DNA of 64,000 bases from positions 254,820,001 through 254,884,000 of the forward strand of contig OZ024742.1 in NCBI GenBank assembly GCA_964016885.1, given 5' to 3'. The notes beneath the pieces were generated by a model, which was not told where the DNA came from, did no database searches, and was given only the letters and a program-made list of their open reading frames with translations. A program made the translations under genes and the position numbers. This stretch comes from Eledone cirrhosa. Taxonomy: Eukaryota. Every line of letters begins with the position of its first letter. Position 1 is the stretch's first letter. This document shows positions 38,606 to 51,929 of this stretch, one piece after another.

Positions 38606-41600
38606 TTTTGGGGCCCTTTCTGCCCGTGTGTTTGTTTGTTTATGTGTGTCCGTATACAGCGTGGTGATAATGCCACACAAGGGCCAAGTGGGATGGCGGA
38701 TCCACAGATGGCTATGTAAACATACATTCGCCAATCCTCGATAAGAGTGTTTAAATATCGAACATAAACAGTTCGAATAACGGTGAAATGGAGACTAGAA
38801 CGTCATGTGACAGACTCTCACCCAACAGGTGCCCCCTGGCTCAGCAGCAGGAACCTGACTGTCAACCAAATACTGCTGATGTTGGAGGAAGAAGAAGAAG
38901 GAAAGGGGCCAGAACCAACAGGACGAAAGAATTGAATAGAACTGTTATGCAATGCTACCTGAAAAGTAACCCCAAGGAGAGGGGCTACAGGAGACGGATG
39001 CATAACATCTGGAACGAGATTGGTTTATTTAAATTAGATGAACAAAAATTGGCCGGGCAGGCTCGGGTAATAAGAACTAATGGGTGGATAAGCGAGCTGG
39101 AACTGGAGGAACTGAGCAGAGAGAATGGCTTGGAGATGGCGGGTGTAGTATGCCAGACAAGCGAGCCGGCGGGAAATGAAGGTGAGGAGGTCCTGAGAAC
39201 GGAGGAACCACCCGAAGCAGACAATGATCTGAATACTGAGATAAATAATACCTGGAACAGAGATACGGCCACTGAGGAGATGAATGCTGACGGGCTAGGA
39301 CAAGATTCGGTTGACATCCTAAATTTAGTGGTAGATGAGTTGAACAATGATAGTGGGAGACCTATGAACCTAAGATTTGTAGACAGGAAAAAGTTAAAAG
39401 AAACAACAGCTAAGGTAAACAAAGTCATCCCATACCTTGAGGCGAGGAGTCTTCACCAGTGCAACAATATCCTCAAAGCAACAGCAAATACGGTGAGGAA
39501 ACTACTTGGTATAAAAGCGAGAGGAAACAACAGACAAGAAAGAGCAGAGCCGTGGTGGAAGAAGCGACTGAGTGGGTAAATCGGGGAAATGAGAAATGAC
39601 ATAGGAAAGCTTGAGTCACTACTGAATGGGACACTAAAAAACATAGGCACTAAAAATAGACTGGAAATAAAATACAAAACTAGGAGTAAAAAGCTAAATA
39701 TTATCATAGAGGAATTGAAGCAACGCATTGTAGCAAAGAGTGCCAAAATCAGGCGATACGAGAACAGAGTCAGTCAGTATAAACAGAACCGCATGTTCGA
39801 CAACAACCAGAAGATGCTGTTTGGACAGCTTGAGGGGAAAGAAAGAGGCAACGACTTGATCCCTGGGGCGGAACAAGCTAAAACATTCTGGAGAGGAATA
39901 TGGGAGCAGGATGTTAGACACAATGCCCAGGCAGGGTGGATTGAGACAGTACAGAGGGAGATCGGTGAGCAGGCACAACAACAGACTGATTTGAGTATCA
40001 CAGTTGAAACTCTTAAGGGGCAAGCCAAAAAACTAACCAACTGGAAATCACCAGGCCCAGATGGTGTGCAGGGGTATTGGATTAAACATTTAACATCCCT
40101 CTACCCGAAGCTGACGGCCATGTTCAATGACTGCTTGGTGTCGGGTGAGGTGCCAGAGTGGTTGACAAAAGGTACCACAGTTCTGATAATGAAAGACCGA
40201 ATCAAGGGTAATGATGTTACCAACTATAGACCTATCACATGTCTGCCCGTAATGTGGAAACTGTTGACGAGCATTGTGTCTGAGGAAATCTACCATCACC
40301 TCCACACAAACAACTTGTTACCGGACGAACAGAAAGGATGCCGAAAGAAGTCACGTGGTACAAAGGACCAGTTGCTTATTGATAAGATGGTAATGGGGAA
40401 TTGCAGGAGGAGACACACTGATCTTGCCATGGGATGGATAGACTACAGAAAGGCATTTGACATGGTGCCTCATTCCTGGATCACCAAAAGCCTGGAGATC
40501 TTCAGGGTGGCAGATAACATCAGACAGTTGCTGGGCAGGAGTATGGGGTCTTGGGAGACAGAGTTGACATCAACTGGAGTATCCTTGGGAAGCGTGAAGA
40601 TCAAGAGAGGTATCTTCCAGGGAGATAGCCTGTCCCCTCTGTTGTTTGTCCTTGCCCTGATGCCCTTGACCATTATGCTGCGAAAAGTGAGAGCAGGATA
40701 CAAGTTGGGAAGGGGAGAGCTTACCATCAATCACCTCCTCTTCATGGACGATCTTAAGCTCTTCGGGAAAAGTGAGAAGGAGTTGGATGTGCTTGTTGAC
40801 ACTGTCCGTATTTTCAGAAGTGATATATGTATGCAGTTTGGTATTGGTAAATGTGGAGTCATTGTGATGAGGAGGGGTAGGTTGAGCAGAAGTAACGGGA
40901 TCCAGATACCAACAGGTGAGATGATAAAGGAAATTGACTCTGAGGAAGGATACAAGTATTTGGGCGTTCTGGAGGCTGATGGCATAAAGAACAAAAAAAT
41001 GAAGGAATTGTTAAGAACTGAATACATTCGGAGAGTAAGGAGCGTATTGAAGTCACATCTGAACAGCAGAAATGCCATAAGCGCAGTAAATTCCCGAGCT
41101 GTGTCTATTATTAGGTACAGTGCGGGAATTCTGAGATGGAATGTTGCTGAACAAAAAGAAATGGATAGGAAGACTAGGAAGCTATTGACTATCTACAACA
41201 TGTTCCACAAGAGGAGTGATGTCGATAGACTCTACCTAAGGAGATCTGAGGGTGGAAGAGGTCTTATCAGCATAGAGGACTGTGTTCAGATGGAGAAAAA
41301 CAACCTATACAAATACGTGACCTATAGTAAGGAGCCAATGCTCAGAGCTGTACTGAAGGAGGGGACAGTAGGCCAGGGGATATCCAAGGAGGAAATAACA
41401 TCAAGGAGGAAGAGCAGCCTTAAGGGAAAATCCCTTCATAGTACCTTCTTTGAGAAAACTGAATTTAGAGATCCACAGACATGGAACTGGTTGAGAAGAG
41501 GAGACCTCAAAAAGGCTACAGAAGGAATGCTAATGGCTGCGCAGGAGCAGGCCCTCAAAACGAAGTGGTTGAAGCACCATATCTACAAGGAGGAGGCTAG

Positions 41601-42254
41601 CCCACTGTGCAGGATCTGTGGAGAGAGAGAGGAGACTGTGGCTCACATTGTGTCCGAGTGTAAACACCTAGCCCAGACCCACTATAAGGGCTGGAGACAC
41701 GATGTGATGGGCAGGGTGATCCACTGGCACCTGTGCAAAGTAAACAATCTACCACATTCTGAGAAATGGTATGAGCATAGGCCAGAGGCGGTGATGGAGA
41801 ACAGTCAGGTGAAGGTGCTGTGGGATTTTAGGATACAGACGGACAAAAAACTGGAACACAATAGACCTGACCTGGTGGTTGTGGACAAAGAAAAAAGATC
41901 GTGCCTGATTGTGGATGTGGCCTGCCCGTTCGACACGAGAGTGCAAGAGAAGGAGAGGGAGAAAATTAACCGATACCAGGACCTAAAGTGGGAGGTGAAA
42001 AGGATTTGGAACTGCCATGAAGTCAAAGTGATCCCGATTGTCATAGGCGCACTGGGGACTATCTCCAAAGGTTTCCAGGGATGGTTAAAGAAAATCGGCC
42101 CCTTCACGCTTTTTGGAACGCTTCAAAAGGCATGCTTGCTTGGAACGGCAAGAACCCTCCGATACGTCCTGAATATCTGAGGCTGCAGGTAGTGGCTTGA
42201 TATTCAATCCAACGGACTTTCCAGTTAACCAACATCAATGACTGAGATTCAAGG
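38606..42254 (+). mobile_element. Full-length R4/Dong-type retrotransposon, copy 3
   Basis: Structured ~180-nt 5'UTR, single ORF, 74-nt 3'UTR, (AAT)n flanks. Confidence 0.95.
38788..42180 (+). pseudogene. R4/Dong polyprotein (RT, CCHC, restriction-like endonuclease) with one in-frame TAA
   Basis: The 263-aa and 863-aa ORFs are in frame across the TAA at 39577. KSPGPDG, YRPITCL, DYRKAFD, IFQGDSLSP, FMDD, CRIC..H..C, RHD, PD..D, EK..RY. Confidence 0.93.
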
Positions 42255-42266
42255 AATAACAATAAC

Positions 42267-42300
<34 letters not shown>

Positions 42301-42302
<2 letters not shown>

Positions 42303-43270
42303 CAGAAATGGCAAAGCAGGTAAAAGTAACTGCAAAGAAAGAACTGCTACAGAAACTGGCTAAGAAATGGCAAGAAAAGCCTCTGTATGGAAAATACCCA
42401 CAAAGAGCTAACAATCCTGATGTTGACAAAACTTTAACCCATCAGTGGTTAGCATCCTCTGGACTGAAATCGGAGACTAAAGGACTGATTATATCAGTAC
42501 CAGATCAGTGTCTGCCAACAAAAAATTATTAAGCCAACATAATAAAAAATGGATGCAACCCATTATGCCGTGTAAGTAAAAAACAACCAGAGACCATTGA
42601 TCATATAATTTCAATGTGCAGTCCTATAGCTCCAACCGGATACCTAAACAAGCACGTCAGAGCTGCACAATACATACACTGGGTAATGTGTGAGCATTTT
42701 GACCTGTCCCAACAAAAGAATTGGTGGGAGCATCAACCACCTCCCGTACTTGAAAAAGATCACATCTCAATCTTGTGGAATTTTAGCATCCAAACAGATT
42801 GAAAAATAGATGCTAATAGACCTGATATAATACTGAAGGGCTTTAAAAAGAGGATATGCTTGCTAATTGATATGTCCGTTCCAATAGAGAAGAATATATC
42901 TATAAAAACATTTTAAAAATTGAGCAAGTATAAAGACCTGGAGATAGAGGTGGAAAATGAGGAAGTTGAGAACTAAAACAATACCAGTGGTTGTAGACGC
43001 TCTAGGAATGATACCTAAGGGGTCTAATGATTACTTATCCCAAATCCCAGGAAATCTGCGTATAGAAGAAATACAAAAGATAGTACTAATGGGAACTGCC
43101 CATATACCAAGGAAGATTCTGTCTATATAAATACATCACAGGTCTAAACACCTAAGGATACATGTATGTGTGTATGTGTTCTTTCTTGAACATGGTGGAC
43201 CTTGTTGTCTCTTGAGGTCACTGGTTGTAATTTGGTGATAACTCGTATGCACATAAAGCAAGATAAATGA
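42301..43270 (+). mobile_element. Degenerate 5'-truncated R4-type element of a different family
   Basis: WQEKPLYGKY, WLASSGLKSET, ETIDHII, ILWNFSIQTD, NRPDII..IDMSVP, KYKDL. Several stops. Lies between (AAT)n tracts. Confidence 0.85.
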
Positions 43271-43276
43271 AATAAT

Positions 43277-43842
43277 TGTTTCTACTTTTGGCACAAGGCC
43301 AGCAATTATCCCAGTGCATTACTGGTACTTTATTTTATCGACCCCGTAATGATGAAAGGCAAAGTTAACCTCGGCGAGATTTGAACTCAGACCATAAAGG
43401 ACCGTAACTCTTTGCTGATAAATGAAATAATAATAATAATTGTTTCTACTTTAGGCACAAGGCAAGCAATTATCCAGTGTATTACTGGTACTTTATTTTA
43501 TCGACCCCGTAAGGATGAAAGGCGGGATTTGAACTCAGATCGTAAAGGAACGTAACTATGCTGGAAAGCATGGCGTCCGACCCTCTACCAATACTGCCAA
43601 TCCACCGCCCTGAAATAATAATAATAATAATTGTTTCTTATATAGACACAAGGCCAGTCATTTGGGGGGAGGGGAAGTCAATTAAATTGACCCCAGTATG
43701 TTGCTGGTGCTTTATTTTATCGACCCCTTATGGATAAAAGGCAAAGTTAACCTCAGTGGGATTTGAACTCAGACCGTAAAGAGCCGTAACTCTATTCTGC
43801 AAAGTATAGCGTCCGACCTGCTACCGATACTGCCAATCCACC
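43277..43842 (-). mobile_element. Three SINE S2 copies (43277-43416, 43441-43610, 43632-43842) separated by (AAT)n
   Basis: Reverse complements of 4634-4823. The first is flanked by a 15-bp duplication GATAAATGAAATAAT. Confidence 0.9.
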
Positions 43843-43843
43843 A

Positions 43844-43882
<39 letters not shown>

Positions 43883-43884
<2 letters not shown>

Positions 43885-46800
43885 TTTCTTTATTGGCCAC
43901 AAGGGCTGACATCAAGAAAAAGATCACAGACTGAACAGGACGGTGCGATGTGGGTTTTGTGCGTGTAAATATTTTTATTATTTATATAAGAAAAGAAAAA
44001 AAAGACATAAAACATATATATATATAAACAATAAAATGAAAATTGAAACAATGAAAAATTCCCCAATAGGGGGGAAACCTCCGAGGGTTACTCGTGGCGA
44101 AAACCACACAAAAGACCACCGCCACCCTGACCACCAGAGCAAGAGCCCTCTGTCAATTTTTCCATCTCTCAAACTACAGACGTATATTCAGAGTGGTCCC
44201 GTTCACTCGGACCATTCTCGCTTCATTCACCCACCTTTCAACAAACTTGCTAGATAGCAGCACTTGCCTCTCCACCCTGATTTTCATCTTCAAGTGAAAC
44301 TTGAAAAAGTTAATTAGGGATTCGCCGAAGAGGAAAGTGTTTGTCTTTAATCCTTTTAACCTTGTCCACCACACAATCTCTTTCGCCATGGCCACCAGGC
44401 AGATGAAAACCGCCTGCCCTTCCTCCTCGAAGGAAGACGGTGAGACCATCTGCACAATGGATTCAGTCGACAACCGGATCAGTCCCACACGCGACAGCAA
44501 CTGTTCGACATAGCTCCACAAGTCAGCAATGCTCGGGCACTGAACGAGTGCGTGCACAACGGTTTCGTCGCTAAGCACGCATCTCGTACAGGCTCGGCTG
44601 GCGGCACTTCCGTGCCTGTAGAGCTTATCTCGAACCGGCAGCGCTCCCCGGTAGCACTGCTAGGCCAGGGATTTTTGGAAGTTATCCATAGGCCCCGGCT
44701 GAAAGTTCTCCGGAAGAGAGCAAACAGCTGATCTTCTTCGACGCCCAGGATCTCTCCGAGAACGTCGTCGCTCTTCCCCTCCACTAGTCCTCTATAGAAC
44801 GCCGAGGTGGATGTTCCACCGATACTGGTGCCAACTGGGAGAGGGCAGTGAGCGCCTGGAGACATTCCAGTTTCCAAACGCTATCACTCGGTCTTTTTCT
44901 GACCCAGGATTGCAGCTCCGTCAAGGAGACGAGCTGTGGGAAAATGTACCTGGTGAACGGCGACCACACCGGTTCACCCTCAGCGCATGTTTGCGCATCA
45001 TCAGCCATGGCATGCCCAGTTCTCCACGCAACGGGTGTTGACTGCAGATGGATCGTCTGACCATGGGTGCGCTTCCCTTCCACAAAAAGCGGAAGAGGAG
45101 GCGCTCCATTTTGGTGAGAGTTGGGCTGGAGCAAGGGACGACGGTGAGGCGGTAGCAGATGACGGATGCGATGTAGGCATTCGCCACTTCCGCCCGGCTT
45201 TTCAGGGACAGTTTCCTTTCAGCCAATTTCTGGGTGAGGGAGGCCACCCTGATCGTCACCTCGTTCCAGTTTTACTCCATCTGGAGGTCCGGTCCGAACC
45301 AGACCCCGAGCAATTTAACCGGTCCGTCCGTCCAATGCCCCACGACGCTGTCGGATGGCATGGACTTGCCTCTCCAGGTGCCTAGCTGCAAGCCCACCGA
45401 CTTTTCCTGGTTTATCTTTGCTCCTGTCACCGCTTCGTATTCCTTGAGAGCGGTGCCGAGCATCTGGACGTGTCTGGTGCTCGACACAACCACGGTGACA
45501 TCGTCAGCGTAAGCCGACTCGGATTTCCCGCATCCTAGTTCGCGTGGGACGCCCCTCATCGCCACCAGTTTGTGCAGTAACGGCTCGAGAGCCAATACGT
45601 ACAAGAGGGACGAGAGGGGACAACCCTGGCGGACTGAGCGCATGATGCTGAACGGCTGCGACAGGTGACCGTTCACCCTCACAACTGAGCAAATGTCGCT
45701 GTGCATTGCTGCGATCCAACGCCTGAAAACGGGCCCGAAACCGGCTGCCTCGAGGACGGCCGCCAGGTACCGATAGTCGACCCTATCGAATGTTTTGGAT
45801 TGATCCAAGTTGATCAGGGCCCCACCATTGACAGGTTCCTTAACCACCCTCTCTATGATGTATCGCATTAGGTGGAGGTCGTCGTGTATGGATCTGTCCG
45901 GAATGGTGCATGTCTGCGCCTCTCCCACCAGACCCTTGACGACAAGCGCCAACCTCGTTGCTAACACTTTGGCCAAAATCTTGAACTCTGCGTTTAGCAG
46001 GGTTATGGGCCTGAAATTATCAATAATATCCCCCTTGTTCGGGTCTTTTCTCAGCAGCGCCACTGCTCCCCGGCTCACAAAACTGGGAATGCTCCCGTTC
46101 TGCTGCCAGTTGCAGTAGACGTCTGCCAAGAGGTCACCGAACAAGTCTGGCATAAATGCATAAATCTCGTAGGGCAGACCATCTAAACCTGGCGATTTAC
46201 CTCTTGTGCAGTTAGCCATCGCTTCCCGTATTTCACCGGCTGTTATTGGCTTTTCGCAACACTGTGCTGCGGTCGTCGAGAGCCGAGGCAGTCCGTCGAG
46301 GTATGCACTGAAGTCCATGCTCCCTTCCGGGCCGCCGCCACTCCCGAACAGTTCAGCAAAGTGCTGCTGAAAAGCTTCACACATCCGCTCAGATTCGAGC
46401 ATCACGCATCCGTTTTGGTTAGGCAAAGACCGAATTGTGGGTTTGTTGCCACGTCGCGCCTGTGCCACCCGGGCCCATTGGACGGCTTTTGTCCCCTCGT
46501 GTTTCAGAGCACTCGCTCTAACTCTGACAACGCAGCCTTCGTGTTTTGCGTTGAAGAATTGGTCGAGTGCCAATCTCGCCGCAAGCACGTCGGTTGCAAT
46601 GCCTGTCCTAAACGCCTCTTCTAGTTTTATGACTAGCTATCCCTCTACTCTATTTTCCTCTATCACTACTCCTTTGCTAAACCTAATCGACTCTACTTTA
46701 ATTGCCCTTTTCAGGGCGAACCACCACATGTTGTTGACGACCGCTCCCGTAAACGCCCGCTTAACTAATACGCTAATCCGGTCTATGTAGGCCTTGCGCG

Positions 46801-49794
46801 CCGGGAAAGACGCGTTCAGCTTCCAGTAACCAGGCCCTTGTCTATGAAGTCTGTCTATGTCGATCTCACAGATCACAAATTTGTGGTCTGTGAGGTCGAC
46901 TATTTTAAATTGGGGACAACTTATACTAGCCTTATCTCGTTCCCTGCAGAATACCCTATCTAGATACGATCTGGATGACCCGATATGGTTTGTCCATGTC
47001 CACATTGGTTCATTCGGGTGATCCAGTCGATACCTGTCAGGCAGTTCAAAACGTCTGAGCAGGTTGGTGAGGTTCTTGCACGCTCCTCCCCTATCCACAA
47101 GCCCCACACGATACCAGAGTGCATCCAAGATACCGTTCCAGTCGCCCACTAACACTAAAGAGCGGGTCGTTCCAAGAAAGGTCTCTAGACCTCTGAAGAA
47201 ATCAGGCCGTCCTGCCCCTGTTGGGGCGTAGACGGCTACTAGCCTGAAAGCATTGCCTTCGCTGCTGGTGACGTCCAGCACCACCGACTTACCTTCTGGG
47301 TCCAGGAAGATGGCCCGTATCGCGAGATCCAAGCTTCTCCGAAAAAGGACGGCAACCCCGCTCCCGATCCTGGAGGGCTGGGAGATGCGTATATATCGTA
47401 GCTGCCGAAGATCGGTGCGAAGGCCCGTGCCTCGCAGATTCTGGTTTCACTGATGGCCACCACATCTATGTTTAGTGACCTGAGGTCATTGAGCAGGTGA
47501 CCCTGCTTCCAAGATGACCCCAGGTCACATGCATTTATACTGCCTATTCTGAGTACAGCCATGTTGGATGAGAAACGGGGCAAATGAGAAAGGGTCACAT
47601 ACCTTGTTCATGTGGTGAAGGGACAGTAGAACCGTCCCTTTCGCTGGTCATGGGTGTTTCCAAGAGGATATCAGTGTATATCCTCTTGGTAACCGTCCTT
47701 CTGAAGTCTCCAACTGCGTTGGGGAATTTTTTTTAAAAGGTTTGTACTGTTCTATTGAGATTTCGATGATACTTATGTTTGTTGGGAGAGTTGTTGGTGT
47801 TGGTGGGGTGTAGTAGTTTTTTTCCGTGATGTCTGTGTGCTGCTTTGTACTTTTTGGGGGGAGGGGTGATTTTGTTGCCGTTTTCTTCTTGTTGCTGTTT
47901 GGTGTGTGTGTCTTGTGTTTGCGTTGTTGGTGTTTGTGGTGGTGTTGCTGCAAGTTTCCTTGCTGCCTTTACCCCTCTTTGTAAGCCTTCGCTTTTGGAG
48001 GGTGAATCTAAGGGTTTTTTTGTTTTTTGTTTCTTTGTGGCAGACTGTTTGCCACGTCACTCCCGCCTCAAACTCCATGTCGGATTCTGTGGCATCTGGG
48101 AGGGGTATGTGCTCCACGGCTGTTGGTGGTGGTAGTGGAGCCCTCTTCGGCAATTTTGTTGCTGGTGTAGCTATTTCAAATGTAGCTATTGGTGTTGCCG
48201 CTGCTGATGATGCTGCTTTAGTTATCCGTGGCCTCGGTACGGGTGCTACGGACGTTGCCCTCCTACTCACCGTGGAAGGGGCTTCTTCGTTTGTTGCCTG
48301 TCCTGCTCTTGGTAGCAGCGGACCAGGTATTGGAAGGAGAGGGGCCCTCTTCGGTGTATTCTGCGGGTAAAAGGCCCTGAGGTGACCTTTCGACCCACAG
48401 AGATAACATTTTGGCCGTCTTCCTTCTACACTTATAGGGAGTTGGAGTCCTTCCTCGAAGTCTATGATATCGGGGATAGCCTCGATACATTCCTGGTCAG
48501 TTTGTATAAGCATTTGCATGCCTATACCTGACCAGTTTTCTCTCCCTATTTTTTCTACTTGCAGCATGGTCGCCCTGTTCTCAATTCCAGCAAGGACAGA
48601 CGCGGCAAGCCAAGGTATGGGCACGTCGGGTGGGACCTGGGTCATTTTGACCCTCACAATTTTCTGCCCGTAGTAGGAGGGCACCAAGACTAACTCCACA
48701 CTCTTTAGGGTTTCCAAAGAGTGAGACTTTGCTTCCTGGGGGTTGGCGAAAAGTACATCTACTGTGGCGTACTTTCTGCCTCGGGTGATGTGGGTTTTGC
48801 GTGCCCAGACGCACCCAAGGCCTTTTGGATTTGAGCCTCCGTGGCTCTCTCCACTCGATGTGAAATTTTGCTTACGGTGCGGTAAGTCACCGTCCGTAGC
48901 TGCTGTTCCTTGAAAAAATCGGGTGGAGGTTTCAGGGAAACTCTATTTGCGTTTCTTGTCACCATGGCCCTTGCGTCTGCCATCTCCTCCTCTGTGACTA
49001 ACACTGTCTCGATATTTCGGGCGACACCTGCAAAAGAGTGGTCCCTTTTTCAGCAGCACCACTATTGCTGCCGCTACTGGTCTTACTGGTGGTGCTGAGG
49101 TCGCTATTACAGGTATTGGTGTCATTGTTGTTCTTTTCGCTGGTACAGTTGTTGGTGTTGTTTTCGTTGATACTGTTGCTGCTGTTACTGTTATTGTGGC
49201 TGTTGTTATTATTGTTGTTTTTGTTGATACTGTTCCTACTATTATTGTTCTTGTGGCTGTTGTTATTGTCATTGTTATTGTCGTTCTCGACCTTACCGCT
49301 GTTATTTTTGTTATTGTCGTTCTCGACCTTACCGCTGTTATTTTTGTTATTGTCGTTCTCGACTTTACCGCTGTTATTTTTGGTGTTGTTGTTGGTGTTA
49401 TTGTTGGTGTTGTTTGTGTTAGAAATATTTGGTAATTTTAAATCTGTAACAATCTTTTTTTCTTTTGTAATATTTTCGTTTATATTTACCTCCGCTGGAA
49501 CGCTGTCTTGTTGACATGCTGATAAAGTCTCCCTCTCTCTGTGTTGTATGACAGTGCTCTCTCTCTTTCTTGTGTTATCCATGTTGAAATTTTTCAAAAA
49601 ATTATTTTTACACAAATACGAATACGACACCCCGTAAAGGGGTGCCGTATTATTTACTAGTGAACCCCTGTATTAGGTGGGTCACTTCTTCTAAACTTTT
49701 ATCAAATTTAAAACTTGAATAAAAGGTTTAGAACGGTTGAAAAAGAGGTAAAACGTTGAAAAAGACTGGGGGCGATAAGAAGCGTGGCTTCACC
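43883..49794 (-). mobile_element. Full-length degenerate Tx1-type retrotransposon, copy C
   Basis: ORF1 about 49582-47648 (Asn-rich, CYLCGSKGH). ORF2 47562-44174 (APE, QGCPLS, YADD) with several frameshifts and stops. 3' end AATAAAGAAATC(ATT)n. Confidence 0.95.
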
Positions 49795-49848
<54 letters not shown>

Positions 49849-50037
49849 TGTTTCTACTTGTGGCACAAGGCCAAAAATTATCCCAGTGTATTACTGGTAC
49901 TTTATTTTATCGACCCCGTAAGGATGAAAGGCAAAGTTAACCTCGGCGGGATTTGAAATCAGACCATAAAGGGCCGTAACTCTTTGCTGCAAACCATGGC
50001 GTCCAACCCTCTACCGATACTACAATTCCACCGCCCT
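49849..50037 (-). mobile_element. SINE S2 within (AAT)n
   Basis: Same sequence family as 43441-43610. Confidence 0.9.
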
Positions 50038-50088
<51 letters not shown>

Positions 50089-50101
50089 GTAATAATATGC
50101 T

Positions 50102-50132
<31 letters not shown>

Positions 50133-50616
50133 ATGGTAACATCGATAATGCTAAGGAAAATAATAATTGGGAAATATGAGTTCCAAAAATACAAAACACA
50201 TTTTACTTATTAATAACAAGTTTATATTTCAAGCACGCTCTCCTAAGAAATCAAAACAAAATTCAAACTAAGAAAAGAAAAAAAGAAAGAAAAAGACATT
50301 TAGTATGAAATTTAACACCGTTGCACACCAGGGAATCTGTGCCAGCACCACGTTAATTTAATAGTATCGCAATTATTAACGACATCATAAACACTTATCT
50401 CTCCTGAGTGTTGCCTTCCTTCGATTAAGCCAGACAATTTAAAATTATTTTTTTATTTTATTTAATCATTGGATTAAATTATGTGAAATACAAACCAATG
50501 CTATAATAATGATTTTTTTCTAAAAATGCAGTGACCGTGGTCTACTTTGAATTGTTATCACACCGTAGCTTTGAATTATTACTTTGAATTTAAAATACTA
50601 CACCATTACCCACGCG

Positions 50617-50726
50617 ATCATCATCATCATCATCGTCGTCGTCATCATCATCATCATCACCACCATGAGCATCATCATCATCATCATCATTATCACCATC
50701 ATCGCAATCATCGTCACCATCATCAC

Positions 50727-50765
<39 letters not shown>

Positions 50766-50800
50766 TTTACATCCGCTGTTTATGCTGGCATGGGTTGAAC
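50617..50800. repeat. (CAT)n tract followed by a short RTE-type 3' tail on minus
   Basis: Explains the poly-His/poly-Ile ORFs. ATCCGCTGTTTATGCTGGCATGGGTTG follows the repeat. Confidence 0.7.
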
Positions 50801-51339
50801 GAGATTAAATGGGTCGAAGAGACCTCATCTGGCTGATAATTTCATATTTGGCATGGTTGTAGCGAAAATGAAATATGTTGAGAGTTGATGGCGCAGCAGA
50901 ATATTGTTGAGTGGATGTAGCGATGGAATAAATTGGTTTGATGTTGTTCATTTGAGCGTGACAGAGTTTGTAATAGTGATTGTAGTTGGCTTTCTGGGTG
51001 TTTATGCATAAAGTAAAACGTGTCCCATATATAAGTGCTGCGGAGAAAATGCCGAGGAATGAACAAGTGAAACACGGTCGCCACATAAATAATTTTTTAT
51101 TAAGAAATTAGCTTCTTTCGAAGCAATTGTCGATAAAACAAAAAAAACAACAAATAACCGAGTGAATGGTGTGTTGTGTTGGTTTGCGTGAATGTAGTAG
51201 TAATCTGACCAGATGCATGAACTAACCTTTATCGAAGTAGTCCAACCCAGTCGACTGGATTGGTGCGTTTTTTTACTTGAGCAACTCGAAGTAATCCTTC
51301 TCTTCCGAGAAACGAGAGTCGAATGGCAGATACAAGTCC

Positions 51340-51810
51340 CCATTTCGGTCAATACCCAAGAGTCATGACCATAAGGAAGGGTTGGCACGAATACTGAATT
51401 GAAGATAGCGAGTTTAGCTTTTACACCTACCTCCCTTCTGATTACTGAATACTGAAGCTGGCGCATTACTGCACCATCTCCTGCAAGTCTTGCACTTAAT
51501 TCCGCCTCCTACCTTCCATCATTCGTGAACACGGCCCCAAGATACTTCAGTGAAATTCCATTCACGTGTAGAGTGCACTGCATAGGCTTCCTTGAGAGGA
51601 CGAGTGTCTCAGTTTTTGCAGTACTGATTTTCATTCTAACCATGCAGCACTCGGCATCAAACATTAAGTGCAGGTTGGAGATTATCTTCTGTCGAGTTAA
51701 GTAACACCATGTCGTCTGCTAATTCCAGCCGACAGATCTTTACACCTGCCAGTCTTGATACCACTTCCAACCCTTCAGAGTCAATATACAAAACTGGATG
51801 AAGAATTTTG
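51340..51810 (-). mobile_element. Degenerate RTE-clade RT fragment
   Basis: LADDMVL, KYLG, REVGVKAKLAIFNSVFVPTLPYGHDSWVLT. Confidence 0.75.
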
Positions 51811-51929
51811 AGGCCTATGAGCAGTGGAGAATCTCAATACAATGTTCGAGGAACGCCCTAACCCCTCTGGATGTCATAGGAAAAGTATACAGGGAGGTAC
51901 TGTCGTGGTCCGAGAGTCTGTTGAACAGC

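Noticed and set aside
50547-50808. Poly-His protein
   Set aside because: It is a (CAT)n microsatellite.
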